Shown in pieces: positions 1 to 8,641 of a stretch of DNA of 64,000 bases (the stretch's first letter is position 1; the number at the start of each line of letters is the position of its first letter). A program made the position numbers and the translations under genes. The stretch covers positions 1-64,000 of the forward strand of contig JAIORJ010000046.1 in NCBI GenBank assembly GCA_021108185.1. Direction: 5' to 3'. The notes beneath the pieces were generated by a model. It had not been told where the DNA came from, searched no databases, and saw nothing but the letters and a program-made list of their open reading frames with translations. Origin of the DNA: Methanococcoides sp. GTDB lineage: Archaea; Halobacteriota; Methanosarcinia; Methanosarcinales; Methanosarcinaceae.

Positions 1-1
1 A

Positions 2-478
2 AAGATGCACTTGCGAAGCGAAGATTTTGAGCTCAATGAAATGATCGAAGATACGGCCAATATCCTTTCACCCCTTGCGAACAAAAAGAGAATAAACATA
101 TCCCACAGCATTGCTCATAATGTCAGCACCACAAATGCTGACAAGACCATGTTCAAACAGATAATGTATAATCTGGTAAGCAATGCCATAAAGTTCACAC
201 CTGAAGAGGGGAGCATTGACATCAACGCATGGTCAATGAACAAGAAACTTTATGTCAATGTCAAAGATACCGGAACCGGGATCTCAAAGGACCATATCGA
301 CGAAGTTTTCAAACCATTCATACAGGTCGGGAACTTTGCCACAAAAGAACAGGAAGGTACAGGTCTTGGCCTTGCTCTTGTGAAAAAGCTGGTCGAGTTG
401 CACGGTGGAGAAATATGGGTGGAAAGCGAGATGAACGAAGGCAGTACTTTCACCTTTACGATCCCTACCAGTAAATGA
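2..478 (+). CDS. sensor histidine kinase, C-terminal HATPase_c domain (5' end cut by window edge)
   Basis: ORF open to window start. Motifs 'DTGTGI' and 'GTGLGLALVKKLVELHGGEIWVES' match the G1/G2 boxes of histidine-kinase ATPase domains. Confidence 0.8.
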   Translation, partial: KMHLRSEDFELNEMIEDTANILSPLANKKRINISHSIAHNVSTTNADKTMFKQIMYNLVSNAIKFTPEEGSIDINAWSMNKKLYVNVKDTGTGISKDHIDEVFKPFIQVGNFATKEQEGTGLGLALVKKLVELHGGEIWVESEMNEGSTFTFTIPTSK

Positions 479-510
479 AAATAAAAAAGAAGAGAGCAGT
501 GGATAAGTGG

Positions 511-903
511 TCAGCCGTACAGTGACATGTCGTACTTAAGCGATGTGACATTAGCAGCACACACTGAACCGTTCTTCAGGAAATCCTCAATGTTCCTTTT
601 AAGTTCAGAAGGATTGGCAACACCTGCCATGCCACGTATCATTTTCCCAGCACACATGAATATAAAAGTGGGTGTTCCTTCCACACCATATCTTTCTGAG
701 ACCCATGGGTTAATTTCGGCATTGAGCTTGAAGAATTTACATGAATCTTTGTATGTTTCTGCAAACTCCCTGAAGTAAGGTTCTATCGCTTTGCAATGAG
801 AACATGTATTCAGATAGAACATTACCAGAACAGGTTTAGGCTCCTTTTCAACCATCTGTTCCCAATTACCGTCACCTACTTCCCCTACATAACTATTGTG
901 CAT
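511..903 (-). CDS. thioredoxin
   Basis: C-S-H-C active-site motif ('NTCSHCK') in a thioredoxin-like layout. Start chosen at the internal ATG at 903, preceded by the SD-like 'GAAGGGGG' with a 4-nt spacer. Confidence 0.75.
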   Translation of the reverse strand: MHNSYVGEVGDGNWEQMVEKEPKPVLVMFYLNTCSHCKAIEPYFREFAETYKDSCKFFKLNAEINPWVSERYGVEGTPTFIFMCAGKMIRGMAGVANPSELKRNIEDFLKNGSVCAANVTSLKYDMSLYG

Positions 904-966
904 GCTACCCCCTTCATTAATATCGTTTATGAAATAGATGATCACTTTTTTATTTGGTGAGGAACA

Positions 967-1395
967 TCACTTTTCGTCCCTATCAAATATTTCGACCGTA
1001 TTGTGATCATAATAAAGTTGCTTTTCAAAGATAGAAATATCCTTTGGTAGGATACCAGGACGTTCATCGGTCGTCATATAGAAATAACCTGCAATTTGGG
1101 TATAGTATTCCAAATAGCCTTTTATGACCTTGTTCAGAACTTCAAGTCTTCTTCCGAGTACCAAAATAAAAGGTAATTGCAAGAAAAAACAAATCATCAT
1201 TAAAAAACTATAGAGAGATAGAATGATCGCAACAGGTATACCATAGAATATCCTTACGAACAATTCCAAACGGGAAGCTTTTTTGTTCCATACAAAAAGC
1301 TCATTCATTCTTTTCTGATCCATTATTCTGACACCGAACCATTTTTTTAAATTATAAAATATATAAAGTGCGCTATATGTAAGAAACAAATGCAT
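967..1395 (-). CDS. hypothetical membrane protein
   Basis: 142-aa ORF with two or three hydrophobic helices; no recognisable motif. Confidence 0.4.
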   Translation of the reverse strand: MHLFLTYSALYIFYNLKKWFGVRIMDQKRMNELFVWNKKASRLELFVRIFYGIPVAIILSLYSFLMMICFFLQLPFILVLGRRLEVLNKVIKGYLEYYTQIAGYFYMTTDERPGILPKDISIFEKQLYYDHNTVEIFDRDEK

Positions 1396-1469
1396 AAGTT
1401 ATATGTTTTTTCAGTGAAAAATAAAAAAATAAGGGAAGATGTTCTGCAGATCATAACCTGTCTGCCCGT

Positions 1470-3269
1470 TCAATCCAGCTTTTCCCCACATTCTTCACAG
1501 AACTTTGCATCATCCTTTACTTCTTTTCCGCAAACTGGACATTTTCGGACTTCAGGTTCCGAACCTATATTAGAACGCTGGATAAGGCTATCAGTGATAT
1601 TGGTAGTGCTTATATTGTATTGTGCAGAACCCTCATCAACGAAAAGTTTGACATCGGTCCTCTTTTCGATCTCTTCCAGCATCTTATGATAGAAACCGGT
1701 AAGCGCGTCTTCTTTTTCAGCCCATGCCCTCAATATAAGGCGTGAACGGGTCTTGCCTACAACTTCAACATATGATGCATACTTTAAACCACTGACACCT
1801 TCAGCATAGAACCTTGCAACTCCCGTAAAAAGCCGAGGTGTTGATGTGATCTCTGGCTCTGTCATGTACATATTCATGTCCTTGAGGACCCGGGTAGCAA
1901 TATCGAACAGGTTCTCTGCAGGGATCTCAAGGTCTTTAGAATCCTCTTCTGCTGAAATGAGGGTGCTGACCACCGACCTCCAGGAAGGTTCATCGATCTG
2001 CCTGACCCGAAGTACCGGACAAACTATACTTACCATCTTGCCTTCAAGATCAACATGCTTACGCTTCTTCGTGTTATAGTCATAGTAGTCAATACCTGCA
2101 GAGATCTTACAGTCACCACATTCACCAGTCGGGCGGATCTCAAAGGTAACCGTCTTTCCTTCACCAGGTTCAAGCATAGACATCGTTTTCTCAGTCTCTT
2201 TCAACAGGAAAACATCAGGTACGAAAAGAGAGATCCTAATATCCCCTATCGGCTCAGAAGTGTTGTTCTCAACCTTTACCTTGTATTGGAGAAGAGCACC
2301 ACGGTAATTAAAAGCATATTTTACCACAATGGAACCGCTTTCCTTCAAAGGTGAAGATGGTGCTTTTCCTACACCGGCTCCAATGGGCTTGGATGGACCT
2401 TTTTCGGATTCAGTAACTGTTTCAGGAACAGGCTTAGGCTTGGATTTAGGCTTACTGGCAGTCTTTGAGGAACGATCACCCTTTGCTGATGGACTAGCAC
2501 CAAAACCGCCAGCTCCAGATCGTTCAGACTTCTTGTTCCGCCTTCGTGCCTTAATGATGCCCCTTAAGAATAACAACACAAAGATGAAGGAAAGAATAAG
2601 AATAACAACACCAGCACCATTGTCACTGTTGCCGGAATCATCAGTATATGTGGGATCTATCCTGTCAGTAGCAGTAGATGAAGACCTGCTAAAGTCAGAG
2701 GCAGAATAGTACTGGACCTCTCCTGATGGGACGTAGAAACTTGCCTCCATATCATCATATCCTGAAGATTCCAGGGTCACTGCATGATAACCAGGTTCCA
2801 GACCACTTAATTCTATCAGAGTGTACCCATCACTTGTGGCCTGATAATAGCTATCGAGATAGACATCATAACCATACGGGATGGAATAGAGCATTATGGC
2901 ACCCTGCGGGTAGTCTTTATAATATATATAAAGGTCGTCAATATTCATATAGTCAAAATATGATTCCGAATAGATGTCTACTATACCAAATTCCAGAGAA
3001 ATAAGGCCGTCGTCGTAATAGAAATAATCTCCCTCATAGTAGAAGGCATTGTGGACTTCATGGCCGTTCCATGTCATAGATATTTGAGCATAGTTATTGT
3101 ATGGATCAATATCGATTATATTGAGAACATATCCTTCTTCCAGCCAGAAGGAGTCCCCATCAGAGAAGGCAACCTCATAGTCCAGAGTTGATGAAGCACT
3201 GCCAGTAACGGATAATGTCAGGACTAAAAAGGATAATAACATCAGTATTTTTACGTGTTTTTCTATCAA
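1470..3269 (-). CDS. membrane protein with C-terminal zinc ribbon: signal peptide, Tyr/Asp-rich extracellular domain, one TM helix, low-complexity linker, cytoplasmic domain, C-terminal CPxCG...FCxxCG ribbon
   Basis: N-terminal 'MLLSFLVLTLSVTGSAS' signal peptide. TM helix 'GAGVVILILSFIFVLLFL' followed by RRRNKK. C-terminal 'CPVCGKEVKDDAKFCEECGEKLD'. Long ORF with coherent codon usage. Confidence 0.6.
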   Translation of the reverse strand: MIEKHVKILMLLSFLVLTLSVTGSASSTLDYEVAFSDGDSFWLEEGYVLNIIDIDPYNNYAQISMTWNGHEVHNAFYYEGDYFYYDDGLISLEFGIVDIYSESYFDYMNIDDLYIYYKDYPQGAIMLYSIPYGYDVYLDSYYQATSDGYTLIELSGLEPGYHAVTLESSGYDDMEASFYVPSGEVQYYSASDFSRSSSTATDRIDPTYTDDSGNSDNGAGVVILILSFIFVLLFLRGIIKARRRNKKSERSGAGGFGASPSAKGDRSSKTASKPKSKPKPVPETVTESEKGPSKPIGAGVGKAPSSPLKESGSIVVKYAFNYRGALLQYKVKVENNTSEPIGDIRISLFVPDVFLLKETEKTMSMLEPGEGKTVTFEIRPTGECGDCKISAGIDYYDYNTKKRKHVDLEGKMVSIVCPVLRVRQIDEPSWRSVVSTLISAEEDSKDLEIPAENLFDIATRVLKDMNMYMTEPEITSTPRLFTGVARFYAEGVSGLKYASYVEVVGKTRSRLILRAWAEKEDALTGFYHKMLEEIEKRTDVKLFVDEGSAQYNISTTNITDSLIQRSNIGSEPEVRKCPVCGKEVKDDAKFCEECGEKLD

Positions 3270-3410
3270 GATCGGACACCTGTGGAAACTATCATATTAT
3301 GTTAAGTTTGATCGCTATTAGTTCTTTCCGGGGCAAAGCTATACAGATAATACATATTGATTTTAAAGGAATATTTGTTTTAAAAGTGAATTTTTACCCC
3401 TACATTGAGT

Positions 3411-4697
3411 TCACTCAAGCTTTGTCCCGCACTGACCACAGAAATGTGCTTCTGCAGGGACTGTAGTACCACAACCAGGGCATTTCTTGACACCCGGAGT
3501 TCTGCGGGCCTGTGCAGCACCCATCATTTCAGCATCAAGTTCCTTCCTGCGATATGAATCATCGCGCTCACGGTCCTCAACATCCATCATGAAACGGACC
3601 TTGTCCTCTTTTGCAATGTTCTCAGCTTCTTTCATTTTGGCAAGGGCTTCAAGCTGCTCAGGAGACATATTCTGGAACTCCCTGCCCTGTGCAATGACCT
3701 TTGCAACATCTGAACCGCCTTTTTCCATAACATTACCCATATACTCCATGTCCCGGGAATGTTTGCGGTCGCTCATATCCTCATCAAGTTCAAGTTCAGC
3801 CCTTTTGGCTCCGGTTTTGGTCTGTTTCCAATCAGAAAAGGTCTCAATTGCCTGTTTAGCTTCGGCAGCATCGGTTTGGTTCTCGATCTGTGATATCCTT
3901 GACCTGTGGAGAGCATCCTTTTCCCCTTCTGTTCTGTAATGAGTTGCACTCACAGTTTCTTCTGCAAAGCCAGCCCTTGTGGATGCGACATTTATTCGGC
4001 TGTCACGGTCCAGATCACCCTCTTTTTCAAGAGCAGACATTTCTTTAAGCTCTTCGTTGACCTGGAATTCGCTGCGTTCCTTTCTTACAACAGCATAGTT
4101 GCCAAAGTCCCACTCGCAAGTATATTTTACAAGCTCGATCCCCCAAAGCAAAAGAGTGTCCTTAAGCTGCATTTCAAGCTCATTTTCCATCCTTAGCTGA
4201 AGATCACGGTTACCATAAAGGGATTCAATATCCTCCCCATGAACTTCCGGTTCAAGCACACGGGTTATTGTTTCACTTTCAAGGCGATCATAAATATCGA
4301 AGATAGAGAGATCTCTTTCCCCGTTCTTCTCCGGAACCGTATAGGAGAATATCATGTTGAAGAACTTTTTTGGATCGTTTATAGTGAACCTCAGGATACC
4401 CCCACACCCAACTTCCTGATCATCACGAGTCCATAGACCGGGAACCTCCCACCTCAGCTCCTTAAAGGAAGTGTCAATAAGAGCAACATCCACATCCTTA
4501 CGCAAGGTTCCTGGTTTTAGCAGGCCACCAACCATCATTTTTCCACTGTCTATGATGTCTTCAACTACACCATTCTTTATCATAACAGCTTTCTCATTAG
4601 GTGAGAGAGTAATAGATTTGCTGAAGAAACCTTTTACATTCTTCTTAGGGATAACACGTGCAATATCATCAAGTTCCTTCTTCCATTTGAACACCAT
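3411..4697 (-). CDS. SPFH/band-7-like protein with C-terminal zinc ribbon (resembles YdjI-type PspA partner)
   Basis: True start taken at the internal ATG at 4697, which follows a GGAGGT SD. N-terminal roughly 200 aa have an SPFH-like pattern. Central coiled-coil/charged region. C-terminal 'CPGCGTTVPAEAHFCGQCGTKLE' ribbon. Call rests on recollection of family features, not a database search. Confidence 0.5.
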   Translation of the reverse strand: MVFKWKKELDDIARVIPKKNVKGFFSKSITLSPNEKAVMIKNGVVEDIIDSGKMMVGGLLKPGTLRKDVDVALIDTSFKELRWEVPGLWTRDDQEVGCGGILRFTINDPKKFFNMIFSYTVPEKNGERDLSIFDIYDRLESETITRVLEPEVHGEDIESLYGNRDLQLRMENELEMQLKDTLLLWGIELVKYTCEWDFGNYAVVRKERSEFQVNEELKEMSALEKEGDLDRDSRINVASTRAGFAEETVSATHYRTEGEKDALHRSRISQIENQTDAAEAKQAIETFSDWKQTKTGAKRAELELDEDMSDRKHSRDMEYMGNVMEKGGSDVAKVIAQGREFQNMSPEQLEALAKMKEAENIAKEDKVRFMMDVEDRERDDSYRRKELDAEMMGAAQARRTPGVKKCPGCGTTVPAEAHFCGQCGTKLE

Positions 4698-4839
4698 AAT
4701 TCCAATACCTCCATCCTCAGGGAATATGCTATAGATTAACATTGAACAAATATTATATATAATGTTTTCCATTGTATACATAGGCATACATAATCGTTGA
4801 TCACTTTGATAGAACAGTAGAAGAGATATCAACAAAAAG

Positions 4840-4858
4840 AATAGATCTATTAATTAAA
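4840..4858 (+). promoter_or_regulatory. perfect palindromes AATAGATCTATT / TTAATTAA about 25-40 nt upstream of the RHH micro-ORF (candidate operator)
   Basis: AATAGATCTATT (4840-4851) is self-complementary and overlaps TTAATTAA. It sits in the AT-rich divergent promoter region with a TATATATA box at about 4755. Confidence 0.35.
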
Positions 4859-4881
4859 ATAACTAAAAAAGAGGAGATAAA

Positions 4882-5037
4882 ATGGGTCGCTCGTATCCTG
4901 TAAGTGCAAGGGTCTCAGAAGATAGTAAACAATATCTACAAGATCTTGTTGAAAAAGGAGTTGCTATAAACATGTCCGAAGCATTGAAAATATGTATAAG
5001 GTATGCCAAACAAAAGAAAATGGAGGAGGAGATATAA
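4882..5037 (+). CDS. small ribbon-helix-helix-like protein (51 aa), translationally coupled to the ESCRT-III-like gene
   Basis: Not in the ORF track (<60 aa). ATG at 4882 preceded by a GAGGAG SD (4871-4876). Sequence 'MGRSYPVSARVSEDSKQYLQDLVEKGVAINMSEALKICIRYA' fits the beta-strand-helix-helix pattern of CopG/Arc regulators. Stop TAA overlaps the next ATG (taATG at 5035-5039). Confidence 0.45.
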   Translation: MGRSYPVSARVSEDSKQYLQDLVEKGVAINMSEALKICIRYAKQKKMEEEI

Positions 5038-5606
5038 TGGGATTCGCTAATCCATTCAAAAAGGTATCACCTGATGAACTGAAAACAAAGCTATCGATGT
5101 CCGAACAGAGATTGACAGCACGTGAGAAAGAGCTTAACAAGAAGAGACAACAGGCACGTACACAAGCCAAGGATGCCCTTTCAGATGGGAATGACAGGGA
5201 TTTCAGGGTGGCATCTCGCAGATACTCGATGATAGAAGGCCAGGTCAACACCATTGGAAGTATGGTCGAAATGGCGCAGTCCATGACCGACGTAATGGAG
5301 ATGGAAAGTGGACTTAAAGAGGTTGTTGAGATCGGGGAAAACCTCGGAAAATGGCAAAAGCAACTTGGCTTTGATACAACAAAGCTCGAGGGAGCTATTA
5401 CCAATATCCGCACATCCATGGAGAAAGTGAATACTGCTACCAACCTCATGACATCCTCAATGGATGCAGCAATGAACGGTGGCACAGAGCTTAGTGATAT
5501 GCAGGACTCACTTCGATCAGAGCTATTAGCAGAACTTAGCACTGACATATCATCCAAAGATGAGCTATCAAAGAAGATCGATGAAGAGATGGCCGAGTCA
5601 GAGTGA
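5037..5606 (+). CDS. ESCRT-III / Snf7-family protein (CdvB/CHMP-like)
   Basis: Start at ATG 5037, preceded by GGAGGAGGA. 189 aa. Basic N-terminal helical hairpin, acidic C-terminal half, heptad pattern; aligns by eye with CHMP4/Snf7 (for example 'FRVASRRYSMIEGQVNTIGSMVEMAQSM' against Snf7 alpha2-alpha3). The antisense 218-aa ORF is low-complexity and rejected. Confidence 0.65.
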   Translation: MGFANPFKKVSPDELKTKLSMSEQRLTAREKELNKKRQQARTQAKDALSDGNDRDFRVASRRYSMIEGQVNTIGSMVEMAQSMTDVMEMESGLKEVVEIGENLGKWQKQLGFDTTKLEGAITNIRTSMEKVNTATNLMTSSMDAAMNGGTELSDMQDSLRSELLAELSTDISSKDELSKKIDEEMAESE

Positions 5607-5651
5607 TCTGGCAGGATCATACTGACCTACAGATACTGAGGGGGTGCAAAT

Positions 5652-6800
5652 CTGGGATCTGCAAGTTCACTGGCAGCACAGGCAAGAGGTTATGCAAAAG
5701 CTGCTAAGACATTGGAAGAAGAGAATGAAAAAGAGAGAGCAAGGGAACTATATCTAAGATCTGCAAAGCTCTACAACGAAGCTTCGAAACTCTCAACTGA
5801 CAAAACCGATAAGAATACACAGCGTGACCTTGCAGAACACCTTTTTGCAAAGGCACAGTCATTCAAAAGATCAGGCGTCCAGTATTCCGGCTCAGGCACG
5901 GGTACAAAGGAAGATACTGACGAATCATCATTATCAAAAGATGACCTTATAATGACAGAAACGCCCGATATAGGATTTTCGGACATTGGGGGCCTCGAGT
6001 CTGTTAAAGAGGATATCAGAAAGGCCATAATATACCCATTCACTCATAAGGAACTATACCAGATGTATGGCCAGAAAGCTGGCGAAGGAATACTCCTGCA
6101 CGGCCCCCCTGGTTGTGGAAAGACAATGATGGCAAAGGCCGCTGCAAAGGAATGTGGTGCAGATTTCATTAGTGTCAAAACAAGCAGCATTGTAAGCAAA
6201 TGGGTGGGTGCTTCTGAAAAGAACATAAAGAAGGTCTTTGACACTGCAAGGGAATGTGAGAAAGCCATCATCTTTTTTGACGAGATAGACTCCATAGGAG
6301 GCAGGCGAAGTGAAGCTGAAGACTACGCCAAAAGAGTGGTCAATGAACTGCTTGCCCAGATGGATGGAGTGGATACCGCCGATGATAACCTGCTGGTCCT
6401 TTCTGCGACCAACGAACCCTGGGCCATAGACCCGGCACTTCGCAGACCGGGACGCTTTAGTAAACTCATTTTCGTACCGGAACCGGACCTTCCTGCAAGA
6501 ATTGCCATCTTTAAGATCAACCTGAAGAAAAGACCGATCGATGATGATGTCAACGTAGAGAAACTGGCAGAGATGACCGGATCATATTCGGGAGCAGACA
6601 TTTCAGCCATTTGCAAGGAAGCCGCTGACATTCCGCTCGGAGAGGCAATTCGTGGTGCGGAACCCCGGAAAATAAAGATGGATGATTTCATCATAGTACT
6701 GGAGCAAAGGAAACCTTCGATCACCAGCTGGTATTCCGAAGCAAAACGTGAAATAAAGAAAAGTGGCGAAGAAGAAGTCTTTAGAGAGCTATTCCACTAA
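5652..6800 (+). CDS. Vps4-like AAA+ ATPase with N-terminal MIT domain (CdvC-like)
   Basis: Walker A 'GPPGCGKT', Walker B 'IIFFDEID', 'SSIVSKWVGASEK' (Vps4 'SDLVSKWLGESEK'), second region of homology, 'SGADI'. N-terminal three-helix MIT-like segment. Start ambiguous: the ORF track begins at TTG 5712, but the conserved helix 1 lies upstream with an in-frame CTG at 5652 placed 5 nt after a strong GAGGGGGTG SD. Confidence 0.7.
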   Translation: MGSASSLAAQARGYAKAAKTLEEENEKERARELYLRSAKLYNEASKLSTDKTDKNTQRDLAEHLFAKAQSFKRSGVQYSGSGTGTKEDTDESSLSKDDLIMTETPDIGFSDIGGLESVKEDIRKAIIYPFTHKELYQMYGQKAGEGILLHGPPGCGKTMMAKAAAKECGADFISVKTSSIVSKWVGASEKNIKKVFDTARECEKAIIFFDEIDSIGGRRSEAEDYAKRVVNELLAQMDGVDTADDNLLVLSATNEPWAIDPALRRPGRFSKLIFVPEPDLPARIAIFKINLKKRPIDDDVNVEKLAEMTGSYSGADISAICKEAADIPLGEAIRGAEPRKIKMDDFIIVLEQRKPSITSWYSEAKREIKKSGEEEVFRELFH

Positions 6801-6809
6801 TAACAGAGA

Positions 6810-8087
6810 GTGAACGAGATGGATCTGGAATCCCACCCCACAACATTGCAGGAAGAAAACAGGAAAACAGTGCATGAACTCCTGAAGAACACGCATTCAC
6901 GCATCGAAAGACTGATCCAGAAGACATATCAACAAAAGGATTCGGCCGCGACTTCACAACTTCGACAGCTTCGGACGAGGATAACAGGACTGATATCAGA
7001 AGCGGAAAAAAAAGAACTTGACTCCTTCGGAAGTCATACCGGCAACATTGATGATTTCTATGAGAACGAAGAAAGATTCGTAGAAACCCCTACGATGCTG
7101 CTTCAGGAAGTAGACAATGCCCTTGCTACCGATGAGAATGTCGATGTCTTTGCTATCAGTGACCTTGTGGACAAAATGGACATGGGATTTAGCCACAGGA
7201 TAGAGCTTACAAACAAGAACCTGAGCGAATACGAGAACAGGATCGGAAGTAAAAAGCAAGCTGAAAGAGAAGAAAAGGAAATAAGAGAGAAAGAGCAGAA
7301 AGAAGCTGAGGAAAAAGCCCCTGCAGAAGACAAAACTGAAATGTCTGAAACTTCCCCCTCCGAGATCAAAACCAGCTCAACTGATGATATTGAAGATGAA
7401 ACATCAGTTCCCTCTGACACCCAGGCCCATATTAAAAAAGACGAGCTTGATACTGAAACCCTCTCAAAACTTTACAGTTACATAAATATTCTGGAGGAAA
7501 AATTTGAGAAACAGCCTCCAGAGGTATCTTATGATGGGGAGTACATTGCAGACAAGCAATGGAAGGTCGAACTTTCAAAAAGAAGTGTGCGTGGCTCCAT
7601 AAAGGAAGGAAGGTTCAAAACTCCAATGCTTATCGTCGATAACTACTGGAAATCTGTAGACGACAAGAGAGATATCATCGAGATGATACAGGCAAAAGCA
7701 AGTACAATCGAACAAAACCAGTACATGAGCCTGTGTTTTATCAGCAGTTCATGGGATCAAAGCATAAAGGACTGGGTAAGGACATATTCACATCAGAGAC
7801 TGGGATTTTTCATATACGATCTATTGGAAGACGATCTTGTATACAATGAAAATGATGAAAATAACCGGAAATTTGCATTCTGGCATTCCACAAATGGAAC
7901 CCGGACTAAATTGGCACAGATCGTGGACCAACTCATTGAAGATGAAGAGTACTTTGACCTCAATGATGTTGTGGATCATTCCGGGCTTAACTTAAGAGGA
8001 GCTAAAAAATTCATAGATAGCCTCGTCAAGAAGAAAGCACTCATCGATGTTGGGCTGGACTCACCAAAATATACAAGATCAAAATAA
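6810..8087 (+). CDS. hypothetical acidic coiled-coil protein; last gene of the Snf7-Vps4 cluster
   Basis: 425 aa. N-terminal coiled-coil. Central Glu/Lys/Asp-rich low-complexity segment. C-terminal roughly 200-aa globular domain with possible D...(E/Q)xK and wHTH-like features (weak). Starts 10 nt after the Vps4-like stop. GTG at 6810 or ATG at 6819. Confidence 0.55.
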   Translation: MNEMDLESHPTTLQEENRKTVHELLKNTHSRIERLIQKTYQQKDSAATSQLRQLRTRITGLISEAEKKELDSFGSHTGNIDDFYENEERFVETPTMLLQEVDNALATDENVDVFAISDLVDKMDMGFSHRIELTNKNLSEYENRIGSKKQAEREEKEIREKEQKEAEEKAPAEDKTEMSETSPSEIKTSSTDDIEDETSVPSDTQAHIKKDELDTETLSKLYSYINILEEKFEKQPPEVSYDGEYIADKQWKVELSKRSVRGSIKEGRFKTPMLIVDNYWKSVDDKRDIIEMIQAKASTIEQNQYMSLCFISSSWDQSIKDWVRTYSHQRLGFFIYDLLEDDLVYNENDENNRKFAFWHSTNGTRTKLAQIVDQLIEDEEYFDLNDVVDHSGLNLRGAKKFIDSLVKKKALIDVGLDSPKYTRSK

Positions 8088-8143
8088 TACAAGGTAAATA
8101 AAATTAATTGAAAAAAAAGAATTAAAAAGGAGAGTGATGAATA

Positions 8144-8551
8144 TCACTCTGCTGGTGCTTCAACGTCTTCTGAACCGCCACCAAGGATATCTTCAATGGT
8201 CTTGTCAGAGTATCCTGTAACTTTGGTGTTGATCTGAGTAATGTCAGGAGCAATTTCGCTTCCACGAAGGAATTTCCTTCGGCGTACGCCTTTTGCTACT
8301 GGTGAATATCCTACACCCTTTGCAATGAGGATCTTTTGCCTCTTTGGACCTGGAAGGGTTGGGCTCATTACGAAACCACTGTTGTCGGTACCGCCTGTAA
8401 TGGTTAGTGTGTAACCATCCAGACCTACTGTTGCGCCATCTACTGTCTGACCAATAGATCTTCCAATGTACTGGTTTGCTTCAGCTCCAGTAATGTCGAA
8501 CTGGTAGGTCTTTGTTTTTGGATCTGAAACTACAATTTTAAAATCTGCCAT
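8144..8551 (-). CDS. rps6e: 30S ribosomal protein S6e
   Basis: Characteristic S6e sequence ('[17 protein letters not shown]', '[13 protein letters not shown]', '[11 protein letters not shown]'). Confidence 0.9.
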   Translation of the reverse strand: MADFKIVVSDPKTKTYQFDITGAEANQYIGRSIGQTVDGATVGLDGYTLTITGGTDNSGFVMSPTLPGPKRQKILIAKGVGYSPVAKGVRRRKFLRGSEIAPDITQINTKVTGYSDKTIEDILGGGSEDVEAPAE

Positions 8552-8641
8552 GATTTGCCTCCAATATGTTTGAATAGATTCGTATTTAAAGTTAGCTTAA
8601 GCCTGTATATGAATTACAGGTATTTATTTTGTATCCATCGA

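Noticed and set aside
4964-5620. 218-aa minus-strand ORF overlapping the Snf7-like gene
   Set aside because: Antisense shadow of the Snf7-like gene. Ser-rich low-complexity translation, no RBS. The plus-strand gene has an SD, translational coupling and family-like sequence.
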